A stretch of 64,000 bases of DNA from Alphaproteobacteria bacterium (GTDB lineage Bacteria > Pseudomonadota > Alphaproteobacteria > SHVV01), in assembly GCA_965261735.1 (NCBI GenBank), contig OZ253470.1, forward strand, positions 512,001 to 576,000. The letters run 5' to 3'. The notes beneath the pieces were generated by a model, which searched no databases, was not told where the DNA came from, and saw only the letters and a program-made list of their open reading frames with translations. This document shows positions 20,719 through 30,722 of the stretch, piece after piece; position 1 is the first letter of the stretch, and each line of letters starts with the position of its first letter. The position numbers and the translations under genes are program-made.

Positions 20719-21657
20719 TCATCGTACCGCCACGGCGCCCCTCACGGCATCCCACAAGGGAGGCTGCTCCCGGTCGTGGAAGACGAGGGTAAGGCCGAAG
20801 GCGTTGGGGGTGTTGACACGAAGCGTTTCGCGCGCCGGCCCCGCCCACGGGTGGTCGGCCATGGCGAGCCGGCGACGGGTCATCTCGATGTCGGCCGAAC
20901 GGAGCGACGCCGCGGCGACGTAGGGCGGATCGGGTATGTCCCCGACCGGCAGCAACGCGCGCAGGCGATCGGGAGTGACAAAGCAGATATGGCCGCGATC
21001 GAGCGGCAGAACGGCCATGCCGTCGCTCCGATGTCCCGGCCCACCCGTGAACCAACAGTAGCGATCAAGCGCCTCGTACGGCTCCTCGACGCAGACGACG
21101 AGTCCGGTCAGCGCTTCGGCAGCGTTGTCGTGGTCGAGAAAGCGGGGCTGCCAAGTGAGTTCGGGTGTGTGGTGGGTGACGACTTGGACGCGCCCTTCGG
21201 CCATGGCGTCGAGCGCCAAGCGTACCAGGGTGAACCGCGCCGTTGATTCGCCGGTCGGTGTGGCCACGCGTCGATCGAGCCGGGTGAGCGGCAGCATCGG
21301 TAGGCCCCGGGCGACGCAGGCGTCGTGCCGCCCGACCGGATCATTGCCCGCCAGGGCGATGAGGTGCGCGCCCTGATGACGCGCAAGTCGCGCCACTATC
21401 CACTCGGTCAGCGGCCCCTCGCCCACCGGCGCGAGCAGCTCCAGGTAGCCCTCGCGCAGCATAACGCACCGGTTGCCCGTCCCACTCGGTAGGGCGACAC
21501 CGTCCGGGCCCGCCATCGCGTGGGCAGCAAAGGGCGTCACGGTGAAGCCCAGCCGCCGTGCGAACTCGGCCGCCGCTTCGTGATCGGAGACGACAATGCC
21601 GACGTGGTCGAGGAACAACTCATTGCCGTGGGGGACGAGGCGGCCTGCGGTGACCAT
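20719..21657 (-). CDS. VOC family (Glyoxalase_3-type) protein
   Basis: LDHVGI, LGF.VTP, GT.N, YLELL, H.N.A..L. Confidence 0.8.
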   Translation of the reverse strand: MVTAGRLVPHGNELFLDHVGIVVSDHEAAAEFARRLGFTVTPFAAHAMAGPDGVALPSGTGNRCVMLREGYLELLAPVGEGPLTEWIVARLARHQGAHLIALAGNDPVGRHDACVARGLPMLPLTRLDRRVATPTGESTARFTLVRLALDAMAEGRVQVVTHHTPELTWQPRFLDHDNAAEALTGLVVCVEEPYEALDRYCWFTGGPGHRSDGMAVLPLDRGHICFVTPDRLRALLPVGDIPDPPYVAAASLRSADIEMTRRRLAMADHPWAGPARETLRVNTPNAFGLTLVFHDREQPPLWDAVRGAVAVR

Positions 21658-21669
21658 CGGCGCCTCGGC

Positions 21670-23169
21670 TCACTTGGCCGCGCGGGGCGCGGCGTCGGCC
21701 ATCGCCTCGAGGGCGTGGCGGTCGACCTTGTTCGTGCTGGCGAGCGGTAGCGCGTCCATGAAGAATATGCGGCGCGGATGGAGATAGGCGGGCCCATGAG
21801 CGAGGACGAAACTCTTGAGTTCCTCCTCACTGAGGTCGGCGCCAGCCAGCTTGACGGCGAAAGCGTAGGGCACCTGGCCCTTGATCTCGTCATCAACCGG
21901 CACGACCGCCGCTTGGACGATGTCATCGTGCCTTTCGAGCAGCGTCTCGACCTCATGGGGAAAGATGTTTTCGCCGCCGCAGATGAACATGTCGTCGGCG
22001 CGCCCGACGACATAGTAGAAGCCCTGGGCGTCGCGGCGCAGGATGTCGCCGGTGATGAACCAGCCGTCTTTCAGCCGTTCGGCCGTCATCGCCGGCCTAT
22101 TGTGGTAGCCGAGCATTACGCCGGGGTTGCGAACCCACAACACGCCCTGGTCGGCGTTCGGCCCGCCGACCAGGGTTACTTCGCCGTCGCGCAAGGGATA
22201 GCCGACCGAACCCCGCGGCCTTGGCAGGCCCTGGGGATGCGCGCCGAAGACGCGCGGCCCGCCCTCCGTGATGCCGTAATGCAGCGTGACCGTGGGATGG
22301 CGGAAGACGGCGTCGAGCTGGTCGAGAAGCCGCTTCGATGCCGGGGCGGAACCGATGCTGATCTGGCGCACCGAGGACGTATCGACACGAGCGAGAATAT
22401 TCCTGTCGCGCAGAATCATGGCGAACATCGCCGGAACGCCGGAAAGTGCGTGCGGATGATAGCGCGCGATGGACTCGATGTAGCGGTTCGCCTCGAAGCG
22501 CGGGAGCAGGACCATCCGCGCGCCTGCCAGCAGCACCGCCTTTACCGTCATGAGCGCGTTCTTGTGGTAGAGCGGCGCGGCGACGATGTAGCTGTCGTCT
22601 GGTTTCATCCAGCGGCCCGCGCGGTGCACCCACAGCTGCCCCGCATGATTGAGCAGCACGCCTTTGGGAGGGCCCGTCGACCCCGACGTGTAGGGCTGAA
22701 TGGCCACAACAGTGGGGTCGGTCTCGATGGCCCGGAACGGCCCGGGATCGAGAAACGCTCGGTAGCCCTCGTGATCGGCATCGAACAGAACGCGCTCGAC
22801 GCCGGCGGGACAGAGATGCGCCAGGTCCGGGTCGGCAAACACGAGCCGAACGCCAGCATCGAGGATGATGCCCCGGATGAGGTCGGGCGCCAGCTTCACG
22901 TTCAGCGGCACCGGCACAATGCCGGCCCGCATGGCGCCAAACAGCACTTCGAGATACTCGATTCGGTTGAGCGCCAGGACCGCGATACGATCGCCCTTGC
23001 CGAAGCCCTTTCTCAACAGCCCGCGCGCGGCGGCATTACAGGCAGCATCGAGAGAGGCGTAGTTTACTTCGCGTGGAGACGCCGCGCGGCTCAGGTCGAT
23101 CGCCGCCACGCGTGTGCCCGCGACGTGATCGGCGAAGATCGTCCCGAGATTGGTCGGCGCGCCCGTCAC
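21670..23169 (-). CDS. Acyl-CoA synthetase (AMP-binding family)
   Basis: YTSGSTGPPKG, YGITE, TGD, GR.DD...GGENI.P.EVE, NKVDR; GTG start overlaps the upstream stop. Confidence 0.9.
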   Translation of the reverse strand: MTGAPTNLGTIFADHVAGTRVAAIDLSRAASPREVNYASLDAACNAAARGLLRKGFGKGDRIAVLALNRIEYLEVLFGAMRAGIVPVPLNVKLAPDLIRGIILDAGVRLVFADPDLAHLCPAGVERVLFDADHEGYRAFLDPGPFRAIETDPTVVAIQPYTSGSTGPPKGVLLNHAGQLWVHRAGRWMKPDDSYIVAAPLYHKNALMTVKAVLLAGARMVLLPRFEANRYIESIARYHPHALSGVPAMFAMILRDRNILARVDTSSVRQISIGSAPASKRLLDQLDAVFRHPTVTLHYGITEGGPRVFGAHPQGLPRPRGSVGYPLRDGEVTLVGGPNADQGVLWVRNPGVMLGYHNRPAMTAERLKDGWFITGDILRRDAQGFYYVVGRADDMFICGGENIFPHEVETLLERHDDIVQAAVVPVDDEIKGQVPYAFAVKLAGADLSEEELKSFVLAHGPAYLHPRRIFFMDALPLASTNKVDRHALEAMADAAPRAAK

Positions 23170-24146
23170 GGGGTAACGATGACCTTGCCGAAGACTTCCC
23201 GCTCCTCGATGGCGCGGAGGGCCTCGCACGCATCGTCGAACGAGTAAACGCCGTGAATGACCGGCGTGATGCGCCCCGCCTCGACCTCGGACAGGAGCGC
23301 TTCGAGTTCATTGCGCGTCCATCCCGTCGACCCCAAAATCGTGAGCTCGCGGCGCCACAGATAGCGCAGGTCGGTGGCCGGGTCGTAACTCGCCGTCGCG
23401 CCGCAACATACGATCCTTCCACCCCGGCGCGTAGCGCGTAGGGAGGGCACCCACGTATCGCCGCCCGTATAGTTGACGACAACGTCGACTCCGCGTTTCC
23501 CCGATATCCGCCAAGCGGCCGCGGAAAAATCCTCCGCCACGTAATTGATCCCATGGTCGGCGCCCAGCGCCGCAAGCTTCTCGAGCTTGTCCGCTGAGCT
23601 GGCACAAGCGATCACCGCGCAGCCGCGGTTCTTGGCGAGCTGGGTGCAGGCGGTGCCGACCCCGCCGCTGGCTCCGAGGATGAGAACGAGCTCACCGGGT
23701 TGGACATCGGCGCGCGTGTACATCATCCGATAGGCGCTGCCATAGGCGACCGGCAGCGCCGCCGCTTGCTCGAAGGAGGTTGAATCCGATAGCGGCAATA
23801 GCTTGTCCGCCTCAAAAGCGATTAGCTCACAGAGGCCGCCGTTCGAGTCCTCGCCCAGAACGCCACCGCTCTTGGGGCGCGGGTGGAGGAGCACACGCGT
23901 CCCGATGAGCGTCTCAGAGACGCCGGCGCCGACCGATCGGACAATGCCGGCGATGTCGGAGCCCGGGATGCGCGGCATCGAAACCGGCAAGTTAGGCATG
24001 CCGCGGCGGACGAAGATGTCGAGGTAGTTGAGGCCGCACGCCTTAACCTCGATAAGCGCATCACCCTCGCCGGGAACGGGCTCCGGCCACTCCTCGGACT
24101 TGTACTGTTCCATCCCGCCATGGCCGCGCAACGCGAGCACCCGCAT
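23166..24146 (-). CDS. MDR-family NAD(P)H oxidoreductase (quinone reductase-like)
   Basis: CGLNYLD, PGSD.AG, GASGGVG, GKVIV; lacks the GHE zinc motif. Confidence 0.88.
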   Translation of the reverse strand: MRVLALRGHGGMEQYKSEEWPEPVPGEGDALIEVKACGLNYLDIFVRRGMPNLPVSMPRIPGSDIAGIVRSVGAGVSETLIGTRVLLHPRPKSGGVLGEDSNGGLCELIAFEADKLLPLSDSTSFEQAAALPVAYGSAYRMMYTRADVQPGELVLILGASGGVGTACTQLAKNRGCAVIACASSADKLEKLAALGADHGINYVAEDFSAAAWRISGKRGVDVVVNYTGGDTWVPSLRATRRGGRIVCCGATASYDPATDLRYLWRRELTILGSTGWTRNELEALLSEVEAGRITPVIHGVYSFDDACEALRAIEEREVFGKVIVTP

Positions 24147-24336
24147 CGCCCCCTCCCAGACGCCTCAACCCCACAATGACACGGGGCTTCGGGCATTCTC
24201 CTGCATGCCGGCCGCGAAACCAATCAGCTTTGCCCTTTGCCTTCCGCTGGGGGCCACCTCGATCCGCTCTGCCGAGGCTCCCCTCTGCTATACTCCGGGG
24301 CCGTCAAGGGCTCTGGTCGGTGTATGGAGATCTGTG

Positions 24337-25332
24337 ATGTCGGGAGAAGCAGCGCAAGCCGGATTCGGTCCGAGGCGCCTCGGTCACGCCAACCTCTACG
24401 TCAGCAACCTGGCGAGATCGATCGAGTTCTACAACAAGGTTTGCGGCTTCGAGAAGGTCGGGCTCGAGCTCGGAACCGACGCCGGGTTCGTGTCCAATGG
24501 CAACACCCATCACGATTTCGGCCTTGTCGAGACCACGGGTAAGCCGTTCCGTGGCCGCAATGGCGAAACGCTCGCCGAGGCTCGAACGCAGCAGCCCGGG
24601 CTCAACCATTTCGGCTGGGAGCTCGACAACGAGGCACAGCTGGTGGCGGCGATCGAGCGCGCGACAGCAGCCGGAGTGCACAAGCGCCTCACCGTCGATC
24701 ACACGGTCTCGCACTCGATCTACATCTTCGATCCCGATTCGATCGTGCACGAGTTCTACGCTGACGTCATGGCGGACTGGCGCACGGTCTTCCGCGGCGG
24801 GGAGATCGAGAACATCTCCGCGCACTGGACCCCCGGGGCGTCGCAACCGCTGTCGCAACCCCTGTGGGAAACGGAACCCGAGATTCGTGTCGTCGCCGAG
24901 GCGCCCCTCCACCCGCTAAGAACGACCCGCGCCGCCGTAGTTGTCAGCAACATGGACCGCTTGCTTGGCTTCTACGTCGACATCGCCGGTCTTGAGGCCG
25001 CCTTCGTGGCGCCGGACAGGAGCTACGCCGTCCTCCGCGGGCAGGCGTCGACCGCGGACTTCCATCTCGCGCTCTTCGCGCAAGCCCCGGGGCTCGAAGT
25101 AGGCTGCCATCATGTCGGGTGTGCGGTGGCGGACGAAGGCTCGATCGAGCAGGCGAAGGCAGCGCTCGACGCGGCCGGGATCAAGGTCGACAGGCTGGTC
25201 GACAATGCGGCGAAGCGGGCTTTACTCCTGCGTGATCCCGACGGCCTCCTGATCGAGTTCTACTGCCCTCGGGAGCCGGATTTCGTGGCACTCGCTGAGG
25301 CGCCGCCCGCGGAGCGACCGTTCCTGGCATAG
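24337..25332 (+). CDS. Two-domain VOC extradiol dioxygenase-like protein, paralog 1
   Basis: PRRLGHANL, NGNTHHD, GLNHFGWE, DH.VSHSIY..DPD...HEFY. Confidence 0.8.
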   Translation: MSGEAAQAGFGPRRLGHANLYVSNLARSIEFYNKVCGFEKVGLELGTDAGFVSNGNTHHDFGLVETTGKPFRGRNGETLAEARTQQPGLNHFGWELDNEAQLVAAIERATAAGVHKRLTVDHTVSHSIYIFDPDSIVHEFYADVMADWRTVFRGGEIENISAHWTPGASQPLSQPLWETEPEIRVVAEAPLHPLRTTRAAVVVSNMDRLLGFYVDIAGLEAAFVAPDRSYAVLRGQASTADFHLALFAQAPGLEVGCHHVGCAVADEGSIEQAKAALDAAGIKVDRLVDNAAKRALLLRDPDGLLIEFYCPREPDFVALAEAPPAERPFLA

Positions 25333-25901
25333 GGTGGCGGTAGGCCGCCGTTACCTCACGCGCGCCCGGGGGGCGGGCGTGAAGCCGCCGATCTCGCGCT
25401 AGAGGTCCAGCAGCTCGACGGAACCCACGGTCCGGGCCCGGATCTTGCGGGCCCGCTACCGGCGGCCTCGCCTGGATCCGTGTGTAGGCCAAACGAGAGC
25501 TCACCGGCGGGCAGCGAATCCGGCGACATGTTCAGCGCGCTGGCGCCACCGACGAGCAGCCGGTCGGCGGCGGCGGCGGCGTTTGGCGGCCAAAACGAAT
25601 CCGCCGTCCCCGCCGTCAAAACCGGCGGAGGCCACGCCCTGACATTTAGACAAGAGAGCCCCGCACCGGTTGAGGCCGCATGCGGGGCAGGAGCCAACTA
25701 AGGAGGTCTCGATGTTACCTGTAAGTTACTCCATTCGCTGCTTCGCTACAACCACTCGACGCCCTGCCTCCCGGCCTTGACCGAATGGGCAACGCCGATC
25801 ATCGCGAGGCATTTCCCCTGCTCCGCAAGACATAGGCGCGCGGGCGCGCTCGGTAGTGCCGGAGCGGGGCTAACCCGCTAGAGAGTGGAAAATCGGCCCT
25901 A

Positions 25902-25978
25902 GAAGGTTGGCTTTCAAGGGTAGAGCGGTCGTATGGCGACCTGGTCTGAACTTCGCCTCATAGCCAACAGCGGACATT
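25902..25978 (+). repeat. Dispersed REP-like repeat, copy B
   Basis: GAAGGTTGGCTTTCAAGGGTAGAGCGGTCGT...CTTCGCCTCATAGCCAACAGCGGACATT, similar to copy A. Confidence 0.6.
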
Positions 25979-26007
25979 CTGGGAGCCATGGCCGGAAGTT
26001 AGACTCG

Positions 26008-27441
26008 GATCGTGTCCCGCGGAGTGGTGTAAGAGCGTTGCGCTCTACGCGGCTCCCGGCGGGTAGGGCCGGGACGTTCAGGCTGCCACGGTGGGCAGCG
26101 TGATGGGGACACCATCGCTCAGCGGAGCGATGGATTCCAGCGTCATGTATCTCCTTGAGACGGCCCACTCGTCGTTCTGCTCGAGAAGGATGGCGCCGAC
26201 GAGCCGTGTGATGGCGGCTTCGTTGGGAAAGATACCGACGACGTTGGTGCGACGCTTGACCTCGGCATGGAGCCGTTCGATCGGGTTTGTGGAGTGCAAT
26301 TTCTGGCGGTGCTCCCTGGGGAAGCTCATGTAGGCGAGGACGTCGTGCTCGGCTTCGTCCATGAGAACTGCCAGCTTGGGCACCTTGGGCCTGAGCTGGT
26401 CGGCGACCTGGCGCCACTGGACCTTCGCGCTGTCGGCGTCCTCCTGGGCGAAGGCGGAGACGACGCGCCGGCCCTGGCGGCCGGCATGGGCCAGCAGGTT
26501 GCGGGCGAAGTGCACGCGGCAGCGCTGCCATGTGGCGCCGAGGATCCGGGTCGCGGCGGCCTTCAGGCCCTTGTGGTCGTCGGAGATCACCAGCTTCACG
26601 CCGCGCAGCCCGCGCCGGGCCAGCGAGCGCAGGAACTCGGTCCAGAAGGTCTCGGCCTCCGACGCGCCGATCGCCACGCCCAGGACCTCGCGGCGGCCTT
26701 GGTCGTTGACGGCCACAGCCACGGTCACCGCGACCGAGACGATGCGTCCGGTCTGGCGCACCTTCACGTAGGTGGCGTCGAGCCACAGATAGGGCCAGTC
26801 GCCCTCCAGCGGTCGATCGAGGAAGCCGGTGACCTTATCGTCGATCTCGCCGCACAGCCTGGAGACCTGGCTCTTGGAGGCGCCCGACATCCCCATCGCC
26901 TGAACCAGATCGTCGACCGAGCGGGTCGACACCCCCTGGATGTAGGCCTCCTGGATCACCGCAGCCAGCGCCTTCTCGGCCATCCGCCGCGGCTCCAGGA
27001 AGCCCGGGAAGTAGCTTCCCTTCCTCAGCTTCGGGATCTTCAGCTCGACCGTGCCGGCCCGCGTCTCCCAGGACCGGTCGCGGTAGCCGTTGCGATGGGT
27101 GATACGATCCGCCGAGCGCTCGCCGTGCCCGGCGCCGGTCAGGCCCTCAACCTCCAGTGCCATCAGCCGCTCGGCCGTGAAGCCGATCATCTCGCAAAGC
27201 AGATCGGCATCGGAGCTCTTCTCCAAAAGCGCGCGCAGGGTCATCATGTCCTGGGTCATCGTGGTTCTCCTTCGGGTCAGGTTGGTTTGCACTAGCCCAA
27301 CCCTAAACCGGAACCGCGATGGCCTCCGCTGTGGATAGCCGGCTTGCCTACGCCAGACTCTCGGCGGTCGCTACGGCAAGCCGCCTACCCACAGCTAACA
27401 GAGGCTCCAACAACTCCTACACCACGTCCTGGGACACGACC
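26008..27441 (-). mobile_element. IS256-family element (ISRm3-like)
   Basis: Imperfect IRs GATCGTGTCCC..GTGGTGTA / TACACCAC..GGGACACGACC; 8-bp duplication TAGACTCG (26000-07, 27442-49). Confidence 0.9.
26078..27259 (-). CDS. IS256 transposase
   Basis: [40 protein letters not shown]. Confidence 0.92.
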   Translation of the reverse strand: MTQDMMTLRALLEKSSDADLLCEMIGFTAERLMALEVEGLTGAGHGERSADRITHRNGYRDRSWETRAGTVELKIPKLRKGSYFPGFLEPRRMAEKALAAVIQEAYIQGVSTRSVDDLVQAMGMSGASKSQVSRLCGEIDDKVTGFLDRPLEGDWPYLWLDATYVKVRQTGRIVSVAVTVAVAVNDQGRREVLGVAIGASEAETFWTEFLRSLARRGLRGVKLVISDDHKGLKAAATRILGATWQRCRVHFARNLLAHAGRQGRRVVSAFAQEDADSAKVQWRQVADQLRPKVPKLAVLMDEAEHDVLAYMSFPREHRQKLHSTNPIERLHAEVKRRTNVVGIFPNEAAITRLVGAILLEQNDEWAVSRRYMTLESIAPLSDGVPITLPTVAA

Positions 27442-27545
27442 TAGACTCGGCTATAGCTCGCCTGCGAAAACCTGCCGGCTGCTGTAAATCCGATTACGGT
27501 TGCAGTAGGGTTGGGCGGTCAGCCTGACGCGAAGGAGATCCGGAC

Positions 27546-28523
27546 ATGGCGGTTCAGGAACACAACGCACGGGACGACGCGAAAGTCGACTACTTCTACC
27601 GGCCGCGGCGCATCGGCCATTGCAACATCTACGTCGGCGTACTCGACCCGTCGATGGACTTCTATACCAACGTGATCGGCTTGCGCGAAGCTTACCGGCG
27701 CCCGGCCCTCAACGCCGGCTTCCTGACCAACGGCAACACCCATCACGACATCGGCATGGTCGACGTGATCGGCGAGCGCGGCCGCAGCCACACGCCGGGC
27801 CTCAACCACCTCGCCTGGGAGCTGGAAACCCAGGTCGATTTGGTTGAGGGGGTCAAGCGCGCAGCGACCGACGGCGTCGAGTACGACCGCACCATCGACC
27901 ACGAGATCTCACATTCGGTCTACAACAGGGACCCCGACGGCAATCTCAACGAGGTCTACGCTGACACCAAGATGCGCTGGTACAAGGAGCGCTTCGGGGA
28001 CGTCCACAAGCCCAATCCGCCATGGTATCCAGGAGACGTCGAGCCCGACGACAATATCAACTACGAACCCGATCCCGAGATCGTGCGCGTCGAGAGCGCG
28101 GTGTTCCATCCGGTCAAGATGGCCGGCGCCTGCATGGTGTTCGACGACTACGAGGCCAACTACGACTACTACACCGACCAGATCGGCCTGACACCGGTTC
28201 TGGGCGGGCGCGACACGCCCTATGCGGTGCTCGGCGGCACCTGCGGGATGCGCGACCTATCGCTGTTCCGCAGCCAGCAAGGGCGCGAATGCGGGCTCCA
28301 CCACATGAACTTCGTTTGCTTCGACGAGGAAGATCTCGAGCAATCGATCGCTCGGGCCAAACAGGACGGCATCGACATCGTCACCGAGATCGACCATGAG
28401 AGCCGTCGCGCGGTCGTGATCAACAGCCCGGACAAGCTCAAGATCAACTTCTATGTCGATCGGACCGAGGGACTACCTAGGCTCGGCGGCGTCGACGAAG
28501 CGCTGGCGATCTATTTGCTCTGA
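27546..28523 (+). CDS. Two-domain VOC extradiol dioxygenase-like protein, paralog 2
   Basis: AAGGAG RBS; PRRIGHCNI, NGNTHHD, GLNHLAWE, DHEISHSVY..DPDGN.NEVY. Confidence 0.8.
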   Translation: MAVQEHNARDDAKVDYFYRPRRIGHCNIYVGVLDPSMDFYTNVIGLREAYRRPALNAGFLTNGNTHHDIGMVDVIGERGRSHTPGLNHLAWELETQVDLVEGVKRAATDGVEYDRTIDHEISHSVYNRDPDGNLNEVYADTKMRWYKERFGDVHKPNPPWYPGDVEPDDNINYEPDPEIVRVESAVFHPVKMAGACMVFDDYEANYDYYTDQIGLTPVLGGRDTPYAVLGGTCGMRDLSLFRSQQGRECGLHHMNFVCFDEEDLEQSIARAKQDGIDIVTEIDHESRRAVVINSPDKLKINFYVDRTEGLPRLGGVDEALAIYLL

Positions 28524-28987
28524 GGCGTCGGGGGCGCCGACCTCGATGTTGGTACCGGGTTGGTGCAGTTCGGCGGGGTCTACTCCGGGCCGAGGCGCTA
28601 TGCCGACTGCCGAATCAGGACCAGATTCGCCTCCGACCCCCAAATTCGCTACGCTACCGGTAACCGCAAGTGGTCACCCGAGGAATCTTGGGTAAAAGCA
28701 TTTCCAGGGGGAGGTCGATCGAGGATGCAGTCAGTGCCTGGCAGGGCTCGCGCCCCAGCGGTGAGGCCGCCGCGCTCGCCTGACCCCTCGGCCCGCAGCC
28801 TGAGGCCGGCGGCGGCGGCAAATGACGGGCGCGCTAGGCGACAACGCTGCGCTCGGTAGTCAGGGCGAGTTGGCACGGTGTTCTGACAAGCGTCGGTCAG
28901 ATCGGATTTAGTACCGCAGCTGTTGAATACGTAACCGGTCGCACAGGCCGAACAGGCCCAACTTTCGAACAGGCAAGGGAGGAAGTC

Positions 28988-30025
28988 ATGACAACAGGTT
29001 TTCAACGCCTGACCTCGCTGCTGGTGGGAGTTATAGCCGCCGGCGCCATGGCCGTGTCGTCACCCGCGGCGGACGCGCAGGCCACTTATGAGGAGGCAAA
29101 AAAGGAAGGCGCGCTTATCTTCTATTCCGGCCACCCGATCGATCGCCTTCAGAAGATGGCCGAGGGATTCAAGAAAGCCTATCCGGGGATCGACGTCGAT
29201 TTCTACCGCGGCGACGCCCGGCAGTACGCCCAGCGCTTCGAGACCGAATCAGCCACCGGCCGGCACAACGCGGACGTCGTGCTGGCAACGACCAACCGGT
29301 CGCAGGAGTGGTTCGACAAGGGTTTCATCGTGCCTTACGAATCGCCCGCGCTTAAGGACTATCCCCCAAACATTCGCGTAAAAGGAGGGATAGCGACTAT
29401 CTTTGGGATCAACACCACGAGCTTCGCGTGGAACACCGACCTCGTGAAACCGGAGGAAGCGCCCAAGACCTGGGATGATCTGCTCGATCCGAAATGGAAG
29501 GGCAGGATCGGCATGCTGGATCCGTTGGCCCGCGGCGGCGCAAGGACCTGGATCATCACCATGCACCGCGAGCTCGGTGAGGAAAAGTGGTTGGAGTACA
29601 TGAAGAAGCTCGCCGCCCAGCAGCCAAAATACGGGCGGTATATGCAGGTGCGCGAGATGGTCATGTCGGGTGAAATCGCGGTTCACGTCGCCGCCTATCC
29701 CGACTTCACCGAGCCGGTCAAGGTCAAAGGCGCGCCCGTCGAATGGGGAGTGCCGGAGTTCCTCGTGTTCGTCGGCCTCACAACCAATCTATCGAAGAAC
29801 GCGCCGCACCCGAACGCCGGCAAGCTGTTCATCGACTACTTGCTGTCGGACTCGGCGCAGGAGATCCTCGGTGAGACCGGCTTGATTCCGTCGAAGTCGG
29901 AGTACCGCTCGGGCGGCTTCGCCAGGCTCAAGGACGCCAAATTTGTAACTTCGGCGTTGGCCGGTGACGTGCGCTCGGAAGAGTACTTCAAGGATAAGCT
30001 CAGGGAGCTCTTCGGTAAGCGTTGA
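28988..30025 (+). CDS. ABC substrate-binding protein (Fe3+/polyamine-like class)
   Basis: Signal peptide, AKKEG.L..Y, PKTWDDLLDPKWKG, APHPNA.KLFIDYLLS. Confidence 0.85.
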   Translation: MTTGFQRLTSLLVGVIAAGAMAVSSPAADAQATYEEAKKEGALIFYSGHPIDRLQKMAEGFKKAYPGIDVDFYRGDARQYAQRFETESATGRHNADVVLATTNRSQEWFDKGFIVPYESPALKDYPPNIRVKGGIATIFGINTTSFAWNTDLVKPEEAPKTWDDLLDPKWKGRIGMLDPLARGGARTWIITMHRELGEEKWLEYMKKLAAQQPKYGRYMQVREMVMSGEIAVHVAAYPDFTEPVKVKGAPVEWGVPEFLVFVGLTTNLSKNAPHPNAGKLFIDYLLSDSAQEILGETGLIPSKSEYRSGGFARLKDAKFVTSALAGDVRSEEYFKDKLRELFGKR

Positions 30026-30722
30026 GATCGAATCAGCGCCGGCGACGGCGGCCCGGCGCCCGTAGAAGTGGGCGCTTCCCGTTGACACAAAACTCGTAAC
30101 GCTACCGTTGAAGCAAAGCAGCGAAGGGAGTATCGTGGTAGGTAGTAACGGGTTTCTCCTTACGGTTCGCCCCGCATCCGGCCCCCCGGCTGATGCGGGG
30201 CTTTCTCGTCTGATCATGGCGCGATGCCCCGAGGTGGTCAGCCTCGGGCGCCTTGATAGCTACGGCGGTAGGTTTATGGTCCCGCTTGCCGGCACTACTT
30301 CATGACCTAGTTTTCCGACAGCCTGTTCGAGTTCGATCAGATGGGGACGCTGGTAGCCACTTACCAAACCCCTCTCCTGGCCAAAGCTCGCGGCATTGCC
30401 TTCGGCCAGCAAACAGCGGCTATACCAGAACCCACCACCCTCACCCTCTCCGCCTTCGGCCTCGCGGGGCTCGGACTGGTGGCGAGGAGGCGCAGAGCTC
30501 CGTAGCGACGTACTCTCTCCTGTTCGCCGCTTCTGTTTTGAGAGTGGTAACCGGAGTCTGGTAATGGCTACATCGCGACCTTCGTCGCCCGCCGAATAAT
30601 GTCCGGAGCGGGGAGTAAACCAGACCCTCCGTGCTGAAATGTCGGTTTAGAGGCCGAAACAGCGCTCACCGGCTCCTGACACCGCCAGCGGAGCGCCTCA
30701 CGACAGCCTAGTCCACCGTCGC

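Noticed and set aside
28871-28886. Sigma-54 promoter upstream of the binding-protein gene
   Set aside because: TGGCAC is present but the -12 element reads TCTG rather than TTGC
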